From the IMG/VR virus record IMGVR_UViG_3300028653_000016, positions 6,395 through 70,394 of that record: a stretch of DNA of 64,000 nucleotides, one strand, 5' to 3'. The translations under genes were made by a program, and so were the position numbers. The stretch comes from a virus. The notes beneath the pieces are model-generated. The model saw only the letters and a list, made by a program, of their open reading frames with translations. It was not told where the DNA came from and searched no databases. Positions 1 to 9,297 of the stretch are shown here, piece after piece (the first letter of the stretch is position 1; each line of letters opens with the position of its first letter).

Positions 1-109
1 CTACTTCTCCAGCCTCATTGGTAAGTCCTAGGATCACATACGGAAGAGATTCATTTTTAGGATAAATAGCTGTCTTCTCTGACCACTTCTGATATTCGTT
101 AGCTTGCAT
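1..109 (-). CDS. MazG-like nucleotide pyrophosphohydrolase, N-terminal part (runs off window)
   Basis: Manual translation MQANEYQKWSEKTAIYPKNESLPYVILGLTNEAGEV; the YQ..A..TA / LGL..EAGEV pattern is typical of MazG-like proteins. Confidence 0.7.
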   Translation of the reverse strand, partial: MQANEYQKWSEKTAIYPKNESLPYVILGLTNEAGEV

Positions 110-234
110 TATCTTGCCTTCTTAAATTTCTTACACTTACAAGTTACATTCCTGCATGTATAATCATATTCCCCATAATCCATCCAACTAAAATGAGAAT
201 TTTCTTTATGGCCGCATTTACATTTCTTTTCCAT
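109..234 (-). CDS. Cys/His microprotein (CxCGHxxxxH family, no DNL tail), 41 aa
   Basis: Not in ORF track; MEKKCKCGHKENSH...TCRNVTCKCKKF; GAGG RBS and promoter upstream. Confidence 0.7.
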   Translation of the reverse strand: MEKKCKCGHKENSHFSWMDYGEYDYTCRNVTCKCKKFKKAR

Positions 235-250
235 ATTTGTACCTCACTAA

Positions 251-279
251 AGTATAATACAAATCTCTCTAATTTGCAA
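251..279 (-). promoter_or_regulatory. sigma70-type promoter TTGCAA-N17-TATACT
   Basis: Overlaps the polymerase stop; matches the promoter consensus seen elsewhere in the window. Confidence 0.55.
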
Positions 280-2827
280 CCTGTTTTTGAGCATTGTTAA
301 CTACTTCAATCTTATGCATACGCCCCCAGCGAACCCCAATCTTGGCATCCACCGTTAGGGGTACTTGTATTCCTAAAATCCTACGAGTCATCTCCTCATG
401 CATGATCTGCAAAGTTTGCCGTATCTCTGTCTTGGGAACTTCTACATAGATAGCATCATGAACAAGATTTCTCAACTTACCATGTAGTCCTTCTTCTTGT
501 AACCGAAGAAATACTCTATTAGCTGCATTAGAAACATAGTCAGAGGCTGAACCCTGAATGGGAGCATTACAGGCTGCTTGCTCATCTTTGTAAGCAATCT
601 TATTATCAGGATTATTAATGGCCAACAAATGACGACGACGACCAAACCTACTCTGCACAAATAGATTCTTTCTAGCAAATTTCACAATCTCATATCGCCA
701 CTGTTTAGCTGTTGGGTATCGGGAGAAAAATGTATCTTTAATTGTCTGAGCATATTCTATAGTAACACCATGTTTCCTAGAAAGATCGTCTACGCCTTCT
801 CCGAACATGAGACCGAACACAATACTCTTAGCTTTCTTACGTTGTTCATCAGTAACTTGCTCTTGAGGAATTTTATTGGCCAATGATGCAATAAATCTGT
901 GAATATCTACCCCATCATTTAAGTCTCGAACAAGCTGAGGATCACCTGATAGAATTCCCCACCATCTGAACTCATTCTGCCCCTCATCTGCCTCAATCAG
1001 CACATTTCCTTTTTTGACTATGAACATGTTCTTAATAAGTTTCTCACTGCGAGGGAAGTTCTGAAAATTTGGGTCGGTACTAGAGAGCCTACCAGTGGTA
1101 GTCCCTGGTTGATGATACTTCGTATGCAAAATAGCATTACCATCAAGCCTCTCCTCAATACCAATAACATAAGTATTAAGCATCTTGGCAAGACCACGAT
1201 ACTCTACAATTTTCTGACAAATGGGATGCTTATCTGCTAACTGATTAAGTACATCCTCATCCGTAGAGGGTACTGGCTTAGTGACACTCTTAGTCATCTT
1301 GATAATGGGCAATTTTAAAGTTTCAAACAACAACTTTGACAATTGCTTAGGGGAATCCAGATTGATCTCTTCTGAGGTAACTTTAGCAATCTCTTCTTTA
1401 ATTCCCTTCTCCTCCTCAGTAAGTAGAGTCTGATAATGCTCTTTGGCTTTGCTCAATGCCTTTCTATCTATTTGGAATCCTTCAAATTCCATATGAGTAA
1501 GCGTATGATCAAGTGGCATTACAAGCTTTGATAGAAGATCAGCCATACCTTCTTGCTCAATCCTGGGGAGAAATACTTGCTTAAGCTCCAATGTCACATC
1601 GGCATCACAGGCTCCATAAGAGTAAAGAAGTGCTTCTGGCACCCTTGCATAATTTCGTTTCTCGTCATCTCCCATCTTGTTAGCTTTAAACCAATCATCC
1701 AATTCTTTCTTATGCTGCCCTCTACCTAAATACTGAAGAGACATATCCTCAAGATTATGTCCTCCCTTATCTGTCTCCCTGAGAAGGTAATGCATGAGTA
1801 ATGTATCGTACCCAGATTGTTTAACATTCCAGCCCATTTGTAAAAAGAACTTTTTATCGAACTTACCATTCTGATAAATAAACTTGATATTGCTTTCCAT
1901 GATCTGACGAAATTTCATCATGACGTACTGCTGATGCTCACCCCACCAAGGAGCATAAGTATCTTCCATCCATTTCTCTACCACTTCAACTTGTTTAATC
2001 TCCTCTTTACCTTTACGTCTTACTTTTTTGTCTTTAAGCACGATCTTCTCATGAGGAATACCAACCCATTTAGTCACAGGCAGAAGCACACCTGTACCAA
2101 CCTTCCAAGAGAAAGACGAGCAGATGATTTTATCCTTCTGCCAATCAAATCCAGTTGTTTCTAAGTCTACTGCTACTTCTTCTTGTTCCATAATGCGCTC
2201 AAAGAAACTTTCCAGCTTTTCTAGGGTATCAATTACAATATAATTGCCTTTATTAGCTTGAGTCATTTCAGGAACTTTAGATGATTCGATAGCTCGTCTA
2301 ATATCCTGGGATAGTACTTCTTCCTGATTAGGATTCCTCAATATGGCACCAACACTCAAAGTAGGCAATATCTTGCATTTAAACCTCTCAGACCACTGCT
2401 CAATACCCCTCAAATCCCCTACCTTTGGCTTTTTAAGGTCCAAAACTGCTGAAATAGCCTCTAACCCCATAGGTACTACAATATTAGGCTTAATCTCTTC
2501 TATTTCAGCTTTCAAATACTCGCTACAGGCTTGAATCTCCTCAAAATGGGCTGGCCTTACCCCTTCCACTGTACGAAGATTAGCCCTGCAGCGTGTTGCA
2601 TATGTATAGTATACCTGAGATCGATGAATTCCAAATTGAGCAAGCACTGAATCTAACTTCCTAGCTGCAGGACCTGAAAATGGTTTACCAGTGACATCAT
2701 CTTCAGCAGAGGGAGCATCAAAAACAAAGATGACCTTACTAGATAAATTTCCTTGTCCTGATAACGGAGGGCAATTTCTCAGCTCTGCCAAAGGACAATT
2801 TTTGCAGTCTTTATTACATTGATTCAC
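269..2827 (-). CDS. polA: Family A DNA polymerase with N-terminal family-4 uracil-DNA glycosylase-like domain and 3'-5' exonuclease
   Basis: CKNCPL...C Fe-S UDG start; exonuclease DLETTG and YGACDADVT; polymerase TTTGRLSS.DPNFQN, RKKAKSIVFGLMFG, VHDAI. Confidence 0.95.
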   Translation of the reverse strand: MNQCNKDCKNCPLAELRNCPPLSGQGNLSSKVIFVFDAPSAEDDVTGKPFSGPAARKLDSVLAQFGIHRSQVYYTYATRCRANLRTVEGVRPAHFEEIQACSEYLKAEIEEIKPNIVVPMGLEAISAVLDLKKPKVGDLRGIEQWSERFKCKILPTLSVGAILRNPNQEEVLSQDIRRAIESSKVPEMTQANKGNYIVIDTLEKLESFFERIMEQEEVAVDLETTGFDWQKDKIICSSFSWKVGTGVLLPVTKWVGIPHEKIVLKDKKVRRKGKEEIKQVEVVEKWMEDTYAPWWGEHQQYVMMKFRQIMESNIKFIYQNGKFDKKFFLQMGWNVKQSGYDTLLMHYLLRETDKGGHNLEDMSLQYLGRGQHKKELDDWFKANKMGDDEKRNYARVPEALLYSYGACDADVTLELKQVFLPRIEQEGMADLLSKLVMPLDHTLTHMEFEGFQIDRKALSKAKEHYQTLLTEEEKGIKEEIAKVTSEEINLDSPKQLSKLLFETLKLPIIKMTKSVTKPVPSTDEDVLNQLADKHPICQKIVEYRGLAKMLNTYVIGIEERLDGNAILHTKYHQPGTTTGRLSSTDPNFQNFPRSEKLIKNMFIVKKGNVLIEADEGQNEFRWWGILSGDPQLVRDLNDGVDIHRFIASLANKIPQEQVTDEQRKKAKSIVFGLMFGEGVDDLSRKHGVTIEYAQTIKDTFFSRYPTAKQWRYEIVKFARKNLFVQSRFGRRRHLLAINNPDNKIAYKDEQAACNAPIQGSASDYVSNAANRVFLRLQEEGLHGKLRNLVHDAIYVEVPKTEIRQTLQIMHEEMTRRILGIQVPLTVDAKIGVRWGRMHKIEVVNNAQKQVAN

Positions 2828-3038
2828 TTAACATCTCCAGATATTTTAAATTGTCTTTAGGAGCAAATTTAGTACAACCACATTCATTATGCCAAAAACT
2901 TAAACGCCAATTACAGCTACCCCAAAAGTTTACTTTAAAATAACCAAGCATTTCCCCATCTCTACCATAGGGTCCAATATGAGTATGAACAGAATGATTA
3001 CAAGTTCTACAAAAGTCTGCAATAGTATAAATAATCAC
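2814..3038 (-). CDS. Cys/His microprotein, DNLxYLE family
   Basis: CRTCNHSVHTH...CGCTKF..KDNLKYLE. Confidence 0.75.
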   Translation of the reverse strand: MIIYTIADFCRTCNHSVHTHIGPYGRDGEMLGYFKVNFWGSCNWRLSFWHNECGCTKFAPKDNLKYLEMLSESM

Positions 3039-3235
3039 TTGGAAGCCTTTTCATAACAGTATTCTAAATAATCCAAATTGCTATAAGCCTCAAATTGTTC
3101 ACAAGGGCATGTTTCATAGTCAGAATAATACCCACCATTATGACCACATTTATCTTTAATAGTATTCTCATCGAAATCATAATGATTATTATGAAAGCAA
3201 TTCCTGCAACGTAACCCTTCTTCTTTATAGCTCAC
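3035..3235 (-). CDS. Cys/His microprotein, DNLxYLE family
   Basis: CRNCFH...CPCEQF..YSNLDYLE; GTGA stop/start overlap. Confidence 0.75.
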   Translation of the reverse strand: MSYKEEGLRCRNCFHNNHYDFDENTIKDKCGHNGGYYSDYETCPCEQFEAYSNLDYLEYCYEKASK

Positions 3236-3405
3236 TTCTTATTCTCCAAACAATATTCCAAATACTTAAGATTATCCAACGGAACAAAATCTTTGCAACC
3301 ACATGACATACCATTATGCCTATACGTTAAACACATAGAATGGACACTATGCCAATGCCCACAAGTCCTGCAATCCCCTATGCATTCTTCATATCTATAA
3401 CTCAC
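3232..3405 (-). CDS. Cys/His microprotein, DNLxYLE family (57 aa, missed by ORF track)
   Basis: MSYRYEECIGDCRTCGHWHSVH...CGCKDFVPLDNLKYLEYCLENKK; GTGA overlaps at both ends. Confidence 0.75.
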   Translation of the reverse strand: MSYRYEECIGDCRTCGHWHSVHSMCLTYRHNGMSCGCKDFVPLDNLKYLEYCLENKK

Positions 3406-3788
3406 TTCTTTGCCTTTTTCTGTTTCGGGTACAGAATAGCCCCATTCGCATCCTGTAGGGAGAAATTGAAAGCTTTCAATACCTTAGCTACTTTCTTATC
3501 TTTAGACCATACAGTAGCAGCTAAGTACATAATCATTACCATAGAGGCTTGCCAAGGATCTGTAGGTACTTTAAGAGCGACATCATTAATTGCAATTGTA
3601 ATGAAGTTATTAGAAGGAACTTCAGGCTTTTGAGGCAAAGGACTAGCACTAGGAGTATTCTTAGCTAGAGCTTCAAGTATTCCTCCAAGGCCCTCCGTGT
3701 CCACTTTAGTACTTTGTAGCATACTTTGGACCAAATCAGCGGGTATGTGTGAAAGGGCCTTTGCCTTAAATGAGTTATTCTCTTCCAT
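3402..3788 (-). CDS. hypothetical protein
   Basis: 128 aa ORF in a tightly packed operon. Confidence 0.65.
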   Translation of the reverse strand: MEENNSFKAKALSHIPADLVQSMLQSTKVDTEGLGGILEALAKNTPSASPLPQKPEVPSNNFITIAINDVALKVPTDPWQASMVMIMYLAATVWSKDKKVAKVLKAFNFSLQDANGAILYPKQKKAKK

Positions 3789-3966
3789 TGCTAAGCTCCT
3801 CTAAATATCTAAGATTGTCTGCTATAAATTCTTTACAATTATCAGCCCAGGCCGTTCCGTTTATACCCCAGCCAATTCTCTTCCTACAAGCGGTAGATTT
3901 AACATTGCTATGTAATATATGATCATTATACATGTGACCACATGTACAAATAAAATCTCTTGTCAC
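3775..3966 (-). CDS. Cys/His microprotein, DNLxYLE family
   Basis: CTCGHMYNDH...CKEFIADNLRYLEE. Confidence 0.75.
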   Translation of the reverse strand: MTRDFICTCGHMYNDHILHSNVKSTACRKRIGWGINGTAWADNCKEFIADNLRYLEELSNGRE

Positions 3967-4211
3967 TTTATCTCCTCAAATCCAAAAATACATAGATCAG
4001 AGGGCAATCCCCACGTTCCTGCTTGAGTTATATAAGTAATCTTACCTAGAAAATTCCTACCTGTATACACTCCTAAAGTAGACTCATATTCATTTAACAA
4101 CACTTCATCATCAAGATGAAATACTCTATCTTTAACTGATCTCACTTCATATCTCTTTTTGCCAGATATGACCATTTCAAATGGTTCAGTCCAAATTTTT
4201 AGTTCTATCAT
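3963..4211 (-). CDS. DUF3850 / ASCH-like protein
   Basis: ELKIW.EPF..V.SGKK.YEVR..DR.F...D.V.L.EY pattern. Confidence 0.75.
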   Translation of the reverse strand: MIELKIWTEPFEMVISGKKRYEVRSVKDRVFHLDDEVLLNEYESTLGVYTGRNFLGKITYITQAGTWGLPSDLCIFGFEEIK

Positions 4212-4687
4212 GGCTTACCTAGCATAAGACAGTCGATGATTAGCGGGACTTTTGATATAAGCTGTTCCATCGTATTAATAGTTGGTGCAGTAAGTTTATC
4301 AATATCAGTTGCAACTTGGATAGCCGCCTCTCGTACATCAATCTGTTCATCTGCACTCGTACATACTGGGTCAACAAATACCCGTTGCACATTCCAGGCT
4401 TCATCCAATTTTTGAAGCTCTTCCCTCTTATAAAGAAAATATCCCTTCACACTGCTCGTTTCAACTACAGGAAGCTCTGGATAAATAGCATTCCCTGGAC
4501 ACTCAATAGAATAATAGTAATCTGTTCCGACCGCAACCATACTGTCGATTACGCCAATCGAATTAAGACTCTTAGGCAAAAATGCAGTATTACCAGAAGA
4601 GTTTATTTCAGCTGGTTTAATTTTACCCATTATTTTTTTGGCCAATTCTGGTGAAAGTCTATACATTAGTTTTTCCTGTATTTCCAA
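4208..4687 (-). CDS. hypothetical protein
   Basis: 159 aa ORF overlapping both neighbours. Confidence 0.6.
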   Translation of the reverse strand: MEIQEKLMYRLSPELAKKIMGKIKPAEINSSGNTAFLPKSLNSIGVIDSMVAVGTDYYYSIECPGNAIYPELPVVETSSVKGYFLYKREELQKLDEAWNVQRVFVDPVCTSADEQIDVREAAIQVATDIDKLTAPTINTMEQLISKVPLIIDCLMLGKP

Positions 4688-4917
4688 TATAATAGCATGA
4701 ATACTACCGATATAAGCATACCATATACACTACCTAAAATCAAGGGAAATTGATGGATCTGCAGCCCGAAGACCAAACCAAAGATATAGCCAACTATTTG
4801 AATATACCACATTCCTAAACTAACACCTCTTACATGCTTTACTCTATACGTCATTATCGGTTGAGGTAAAAGACAAAGCATGAATGCAATCTGGCTTATC
4901 ATTCCCCAAATATTCAT
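4666..4917 (-). CDS. PQ-loop / SemiSWEET-like 3-TM transporter
   Basis: LLPQ..TY..K...GVSL motif, three hydrophobic helices, 83 aa. Confidence 0.75.
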   Translation of the reverse strand: MNIWGMISQIAFMLCLLPQPIMTYRVKHVRGVSLGMWYIQIVGYIFGLVFGLQIHQFPLILGSVYGMLISVVFMLLYWKYRKN

Positions 4918-5468
4918 TAATCTTCCTTAAGCTTATTAATTATAACCTGCTTCAATTTTAAAGCTCGTTCTCTTGTAGAATCTGCTTTAGTCTTACTAAG
5001 GAACTTATTAACCCTTTTCTTAAGATCCTTTTCACCCTCTAACGTCCAGGTTCCTTTTAATTCTTCTTCAAGTTTATCTAGTAGTACTTTATCGTGGAGA
5101 GCATTTCTCCTTCTTCTCTCTTCAAGGGATTTTTTATCATGATCCTTTTTACAAATTCGTTGTAGATTGCTTGGGTCACAATCGATTCTTGCTATAAAAG
5201 TGTTCCAATCTTGGAAACCTTCTTCAACAGAAACTACCGGAATGATATGATCTACCCCTCCCATTAGCTTAGCGGGAACCCAGCTATGACAAACTTGGCA
5301 TTCAAATTCTACTCTATCTACCTTAGCTCTAGAGCCATCTTTGTTAAAATGAGGCACCTTTCTCTTACCTGCATTCATCACTTCAATTACCTTCGGTGAA
5401 CGGGCAAATGAACGTCTTATAGCTGACCTCACTACAGCATTCCAATTATAAGGAGGTTTGTTTTTCAT
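4917..5468 (-). CDS. HNH endonuclease
   Basis: CQVC...VDHIIPV...NLQRICKKDH. Confidence 0.8.
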   Translation of the reverse strand: MKNKPPYNWNAVVRSAIRRSFARSPKVIEVMNAGKRKVPHFNKDGSRAKVDRVEFECQVCHSWVPAKLMGGVDHIIPVVSVEEGFQDWNTFIARIDCDPSNLQRICKKDHDKKSLEERRRRNALHDKVLLDKLEEELKGTWTLEGEKDLKKRVNKFLSKTKADSTRERALKLKQVIINKLKED

Positions 5469-6237
5469 AGTTTTTTAAGTACTCCTCAGCTTTTTGTAAA
5501 ATCTCAATTGATTCTCTAGAATGACCTAACATCCAATTACAGGAAATACATAGTAATGACCTTAGAGCATTAGTTTTATGATTATGATCCACAACTAACC
5601 TTCTGCCATCTACTCTTTCATCAATACCACAAATGGCACATTTAAAATCTTGCTCTCCCAATAACTGGTCATGCATTTCCATAGTAATGCTATATTTGCG
5701 TCTAAAATTGTTTTCTCTTAATTCTATAGCTCTACACTTACCACATCTACTGCCATTTTCGATGCCAAATTTGGATCTTTCATGTCCATTTTTGCAGAAT
5801 TTTCCAGCTTTCCTCCCACGAGGTTGCGGATTTTCAACGAATCGACATGCTAGGCAAGCTCCTCTTTTGAGTCTCCCCATAATGGAAAGCTTGTGCCCAT
5901 GAACGCAAAATAATTTTTTCTTTCGTTTACTTACACATAATTTACAACGATTAGCCTTTCCCACTCGTCCTACAATATCCTTATCATGCCCTTTTTTGCA
6001 AAATCTAGGATCATATACACATTTTTTGCATCTACCACCTTTTTCATACCTGCCACAAATAAAAGTATCATGTCCATTAGGACAAAACTGTTTCCTTTGG
6101 CCACCTAATTTTAAAGGATGTGTTTCACGATAACATTTTCTGCAAACCCCATGCTTATCTCTGGCATTCAGAAGGAATGTATCATGCCCTCTTTTACAAA
6201 ATTGTTGTTTAGGTCTACCTACTTTTCGCTTTTTCAT
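5446..6237 (-). CDS. Endonuclease VII-family nuclease with 5 tandem C-x2-GH...C-x2-C zinc modules
   Basis: C-terminal KYSIT...CAIC...VDHNH.T...R.LLC..CN..LG; N-terminal FCxxGH repeats. Confidence 0.85.
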   Translation of the reverse strand: MKKRKVGRPKQQFCKRGHDTFLLNARDKHGVCRKCYRETHPLKLGGQRKQFCPNGHDTFICGRYEKGGRCKKCVYDPRFCKKGHDKDIVGRVGKANRCKLCVSKRKKKLFCVHGHKLSIMGRLKRGACLACRFVENPQPRGRKAGKFCKNGHERSKFGIENGSRCGKCRAIELRENNFRRKYSITMEMHDQLLGEQDFKCAICGIDERVDGRRLVVDHNHKTNALRSLLCISCNWMLGHSRESIEILQKAEEYLKNYEKQTSL

Positions 6238-6275
6238 ATATGGTTATCTCCTTGTTTGAGTACATTGTGTATGTT

Positions 6276-6308
6276 CATATACACAATTTTATTATACTTT
6301 TTACAAGG
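6276..6308 (-). promoter_or_regulatory. conserved motif CTTGTAAAAAGTATAATAAAATTGTGTATAT, copy 1 (probable phage promoter/operator)
   Basis: Near-identical copies at about 14835, 34546 and 60998. Confidence 0.6.
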
Positions 6309-6465
6309 ATTCTTTTGTAGGAAAATGCTCCTTAAGGAACTCTCTACGAACTTTATAATACTCTTGGTTACATTTCTTGCAATTACCACTCTTAGTACGA
6401 CCTACCTCAGCTATAATATGCCCTTTGGAACAAGTTTCTTTAGCTGGAAAACCATGTTTAGACAT
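6301..6465 (-). CDS. mini single-Zn-module protein, copy 1 (54 aa)
   Basis: MSKHGFPAKETCSKGHIIAEVGRTKSGNCKKCNQEYYKVRREFLKEHFPTKESL; two paralogs in the window. Confidence 0.8.
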   Translation of the reverse strand: MSKHGFPAKETCSKGHIIAEVGRTKSGNCKKCNQEYYKVRREFLKEHFPTKESL

Positions 6466-7084
6466 TATCTACCACCTTAGAAATTCCATTTTCTTTAATA
6501 ATTTCAAATGTTTTAGAAGCACTTCTAGTAATAGTCTCACTATGAGAAATTAAAATAAGCTGCAAATTGAGCTTCTCACAAAGAATTTTAATGAATTCAG
6601 CTACTTTCTCTTGATCCTTTACCGACACATGTTTAAATGCCTCATCAGCAATAATAACCTTGGATAACTGGGGTTGCCACTTTGTTAAAAGGGCCACCCG
6701 TAACACGAAAGAAACTGCATCAGCTACTCCACCACCCATACTGTTTAAAATATCAAAAGTTTGACCATTCTGAGCATCCAATATACCCATCTCAAGTGTC
6801 GGTTGGTTATTCTTATTTGTAAGTTGCATTTTAAACTCAAGGTTAGGATCTTTAATTGTTCTAAGTGCATCAGTCACAATTCCACTAATCTTATCTAGTA
6901 CTTGCAAACGAGTCTCATCCGAAAGTGACTGGAGGAACAAGGATGCCTTAGCTAAATGATCTTCATTAACTGTTAGCTCTATAACTTTTTGATCTAAAGA
7001 AGCCTTTCGCTCTTTTAGACTCTCAAGTTGGCCAACCTTACGGTTGAACTCTTGTTGAATCTGTTTAAATTGCTCGAATATCAC
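6458..7084 (-). CDS. SbcC/Rad50-like ATPase, C-terminal half
   Basis: Coiled coil, signature-like SMGGG, Walker B IIADE, H-loop LISHS; GTG 7084 is a likelier start than 7117. Confidence 0.8.
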   Translation of the reverse strand: MIFEQFKQIQQEFNRKVGQLESLKERKASLDQKVIELTVNEDHLAKASLFLQSLSDETRLQVLDKISGIVTDALRTIKDPNLEFKMQLTNKNNQPTLEMGILDAQNGQTFDILNSMGGGVADAVSFVLRVALLTKWQPQLSKVIIADEAFKHVSVKDQEKVAEFIKILCEKLNLQLILISHSETITRSASKTFEIIKENGISKVVDNV

Positions 7085-7319
7085 TGAGTACCTTATCCAA
7101 TTGTTCTTGCAATGCACTCACTTCAGCCTGGATAGCTGCTTCCTCATTTTTAAGTGTTTGCTCAATAGCTTCAGGTGCAATACCTAGCTCTTTAGCTTCT
7201 AACAGCAGCTTCTCTTTTTCTTGTTCAAGCCCTTGAAGCTTTGTTTGGTTAGCTACCCGTAAATTATTAAGCTGTTCACCTTTAGATTTTAAAGCTAGTA
7301 GATCATTTTCAATACTCAT
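7065..7319 (-). CDS. small coiled-coil protein of the SbcCD cluster
   Basis: 84 aa heptad-rich ORF between SbcD and the SbcC C-half. Confidence 0.7.
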   Translation of the reverse strand: MSIENDLLALKSKGEQLNNLRVANQTKLQGLEQEKEKLLLEAKELGIAPEAIEQTLKNEEAAIQAEVSALQEQLDKVLSDIRAI

Positions 7320-8236
7320 CGTAACTCCTCCTTAGCCTGTTCCACTTTCTCTAAACACAAATCCAATATCTCTTTAAGCATACCACTTTTCTTTCCCTCT
7401 GTCAAGACCACTTGAGATACATCCACGTTTTCAAAACTTGCACTCTCCAAGCTATCTACAAAGTTTTGGAGATTCATTTCTGTACTCTTTAACTCTGCAG
7501 CACTAGCTAAATCAAATATTTCGCTGGCTGGCAATGAACTCTTTAGCTGATGAGGAGTAATCATACCTGTCACTGTATCTAAAATGAACACTTGCGGTTG
7601 CCATTGTTCATTTATAGCCCATCGACTGATAGAGCCTGGATTAACAAATGCTGTAATTCCTTCAAAATGAGAAAAAGCCTTATGATAATGACCAAAAACA
7701 AGAACTTGAGCATTAGTCTTTATCTGAGATGGTAACACAGCATCAAATGGGACTTGATGGGGAATGCAAAAATTATGGCTGCACACAATCTTATAATAAT
7801 CCTTAAACTTATCGTCAAAGAAATAATCCCCCTGTTTTGGATCTAAATAGGCATGAATACCTCGGAGCACAATTTTCTCTTTCTCAAATACCAATTCATC
7901 TAATCGCTCAATAGCTTGCGATTCCATCAGTACACCTAGCCCATTATTCTTATCTGAGGTAACGTAGGCATTAATATCGTGGTTGCCGATCAGACTGAAC
8001 AATGAGCAAGGCAAAGTTTTACACCAAGCTACCACATCGTTAACAAGTTGGAATGAAACCCTAGTATTATCAAAGAAATCACCCAAACTCACCATCATAT
8101 CTACTTTGTTAGCTGCAGCAATATCTCGAATTTCCCCAAGCTCCTGAAATTGGCTCTCATAATGATTGTCCAGCCTCCACTTGGGACGATCAGACAAACT
8201 TCGAAGATGAAGATCACCTATTAGAAGAATTTTCAT
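7316..8236 (-). CDS. sbcD: SbcD/Mre11-like metallophosphoesterase nuclease
   Basis: GDLH, GDFFD, GNHD, GHYH and NPGS motifs. Confidence 0.88.
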   Translation of the reverse strand: MKILLIGDLHLRSLSDRPKWRLDNHYESQFQELGEIRDIAAANKVDMMVSLGDFFDNTRVSFQLVNDVVAWCKTLPCSLFSLIGNHDINAYVTSDKNNGLGVLMESQAIERLDELVFEKEKIVLRGIHAYLDPKQGDYFFDDKFKDYYKIVCSHNFCIPHQVPFDAVLPSQIKTNAQVLVFGHYHKAFSHFEGITAFVNPGSISRWAINEQWQPQVFILDTVTGMITPHQLKSSLPASEIFDLASAAELKSTEMNLQNFVDSLESASFENVDVSQVVLTEGKKSGMLKEILDLCLEKVEQAKEELR

Positions 8237-8421
8237 CTATACACCTTTTCACAAGAACATTCCTCATAATCATAAGCATTATATTCTAGAAGATTCTTAT
8301 GGCACCCACCACTATTTCTTTTGTCGCATATACTATAATGATACTGAGTTTTTTTAACTAAATCATCATAAGTCAGATGAAAAGTAAGCTCATGGCCACA
8401 TTTACAAAGTTTATTCATCAA
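8233..8421 (-). CDS. Cys/His microprotein (CxCGH family, no terminal DNL tail)
   Basis: CKCGHELTFH...C...CSCEK. Confidence 0.65.
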   Translation of the reverse strand: MMNKLCKCGHELTFHLTYDDLVKKTQYHYSICDKRNSGGCHKNLLEYNAYDYEECSCEKVYR

Positions 8422-8776
8422 CTTTCTCTTCCTTCTTCACCAAATGAACATATACTTTCAAATCTTTAGCATTAGCCTTATTCAACATATCCTTGCTTCC
8501 CTTACTCAAACCATCCCAAACTAAAATAAGTGCTTCTGCATCTGCAGCCATTAAACTGTTTCTTATAGGTCCAGCCTTCTTACCAAATGTGTCCCAATCA
8601 GGACAATAGAATCTAACAGGAATTCTATTCTTATTTGCCCAAGCTTCTCCTAATGAATCAGGTCCCATAGCTCCACCTGAAAAAACCTCTGTAATATCAA
8701 AGCCGCTAAGCTTAATAGCCTTCTCAAGCTCTAATGGATCTGTAATTGTTCTACTACCAGCAATGATTACACGCAT
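8411..8776 (-). CDS. DUF2493 / YspA-like SLOG protein
   Basis: RVIIAGSR...SGGAMGPD..GE.WA...GKKAGPIRN..MA...WDG.SKGS. Confidence 0.85.
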   Translation of the reverse strand: MRVIIAGSRTITDPLELEKAIKLSGFDITEVFSGGAMGPDSLGEAWANKNRIPVRFYCPDWDTFGKKAGPIRNSLMAADAEALILVWDGLSKGSKDMLNKANAKDLKVYVHLVKKEEKVDE

Positions 8777-8958
8777 AAATCTTCGAGGTACTTTAAATTG
8801 TCTCTTTTAAAATCATTACAAGAACACTTCTTAATTGAGTAAGTCCAATCTCCATAGCAAGCATTTAATAAAATATTACCTTCTTCATCGAGCCAACCAA
8901 TATCATGCTTTTCAGCTTCATGACCACATTTACAATAATCAATTACTTTTATGCACAT
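8767..8958 (-). CDS. Cys/His microprotein, DNLxYLE family
   Basis: CKCGHEAEKH...CSCNDFKRDNLKYLED. Confidence 0.75.
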   Translation of the reverse strand: MCIKVIDYCKCGHEAEKHDIGWLDEEGNILLNACYGDWTYSIKKCSCNDFKRDNLKYLEDLCV

Positions 8959-9139
8959 ATTGTTCCTCTAAATATTTTAAATTATCTGGTGTATATTTTT
9001 TACATTTATGATCTGTAGTATAATGTGTTTTTCTTAAATCTACTCGCAATCCTTCAAAGCATTCCCCGAGAGCCCAAAAACTATTATCACGGCTATGCAT
9101 TTCTTTTATATGCCCACAAACACAAGGATAACTATTCAT
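8939..9139 (-). CDS. Cys/His microprotein, DNLxYLE family
   Basis: CVCGHIKEMH...CKKYTPDNLKYLEE. Confidence 0.75.
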   Translation of the reverse strand: MNSYPCVCGHIKEMHSRDNSFWALGECFEGLRVDLRKTHYTTDHKCKKYTPDNLKYLEEQYVHKSN

Positions 9140-9297
9140 ACCCTACTCTCTAAATAAATAAGATTATCATTACTTTCCCAATTATTGCATCTACAATTGG
9201 TATGCTCACAGATTCTTTTCAAATCTTTAAGAATGAGAAAAGAAGTAACGTGCCAATGCTTGCAATTTCTACAACGCCATTTATTAAAGTCTACCAT
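9136..9297 (-). CDS. Cys/His microprotein, DNLxYLE family (53 aa, missed by ORF track)
   Basis: MVDFNKWRCRNCKHWH...CEHTNCRCNNWESNDNLIYLESRV; fills the gap exactly with stop/start overlaps. Confidence 0.7.
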   Translation of the reverse strand: MVDFNKWRCRNCKHWHVTSFLILKDLKRICEHTNCRCNNWESNDNLIYLESRV

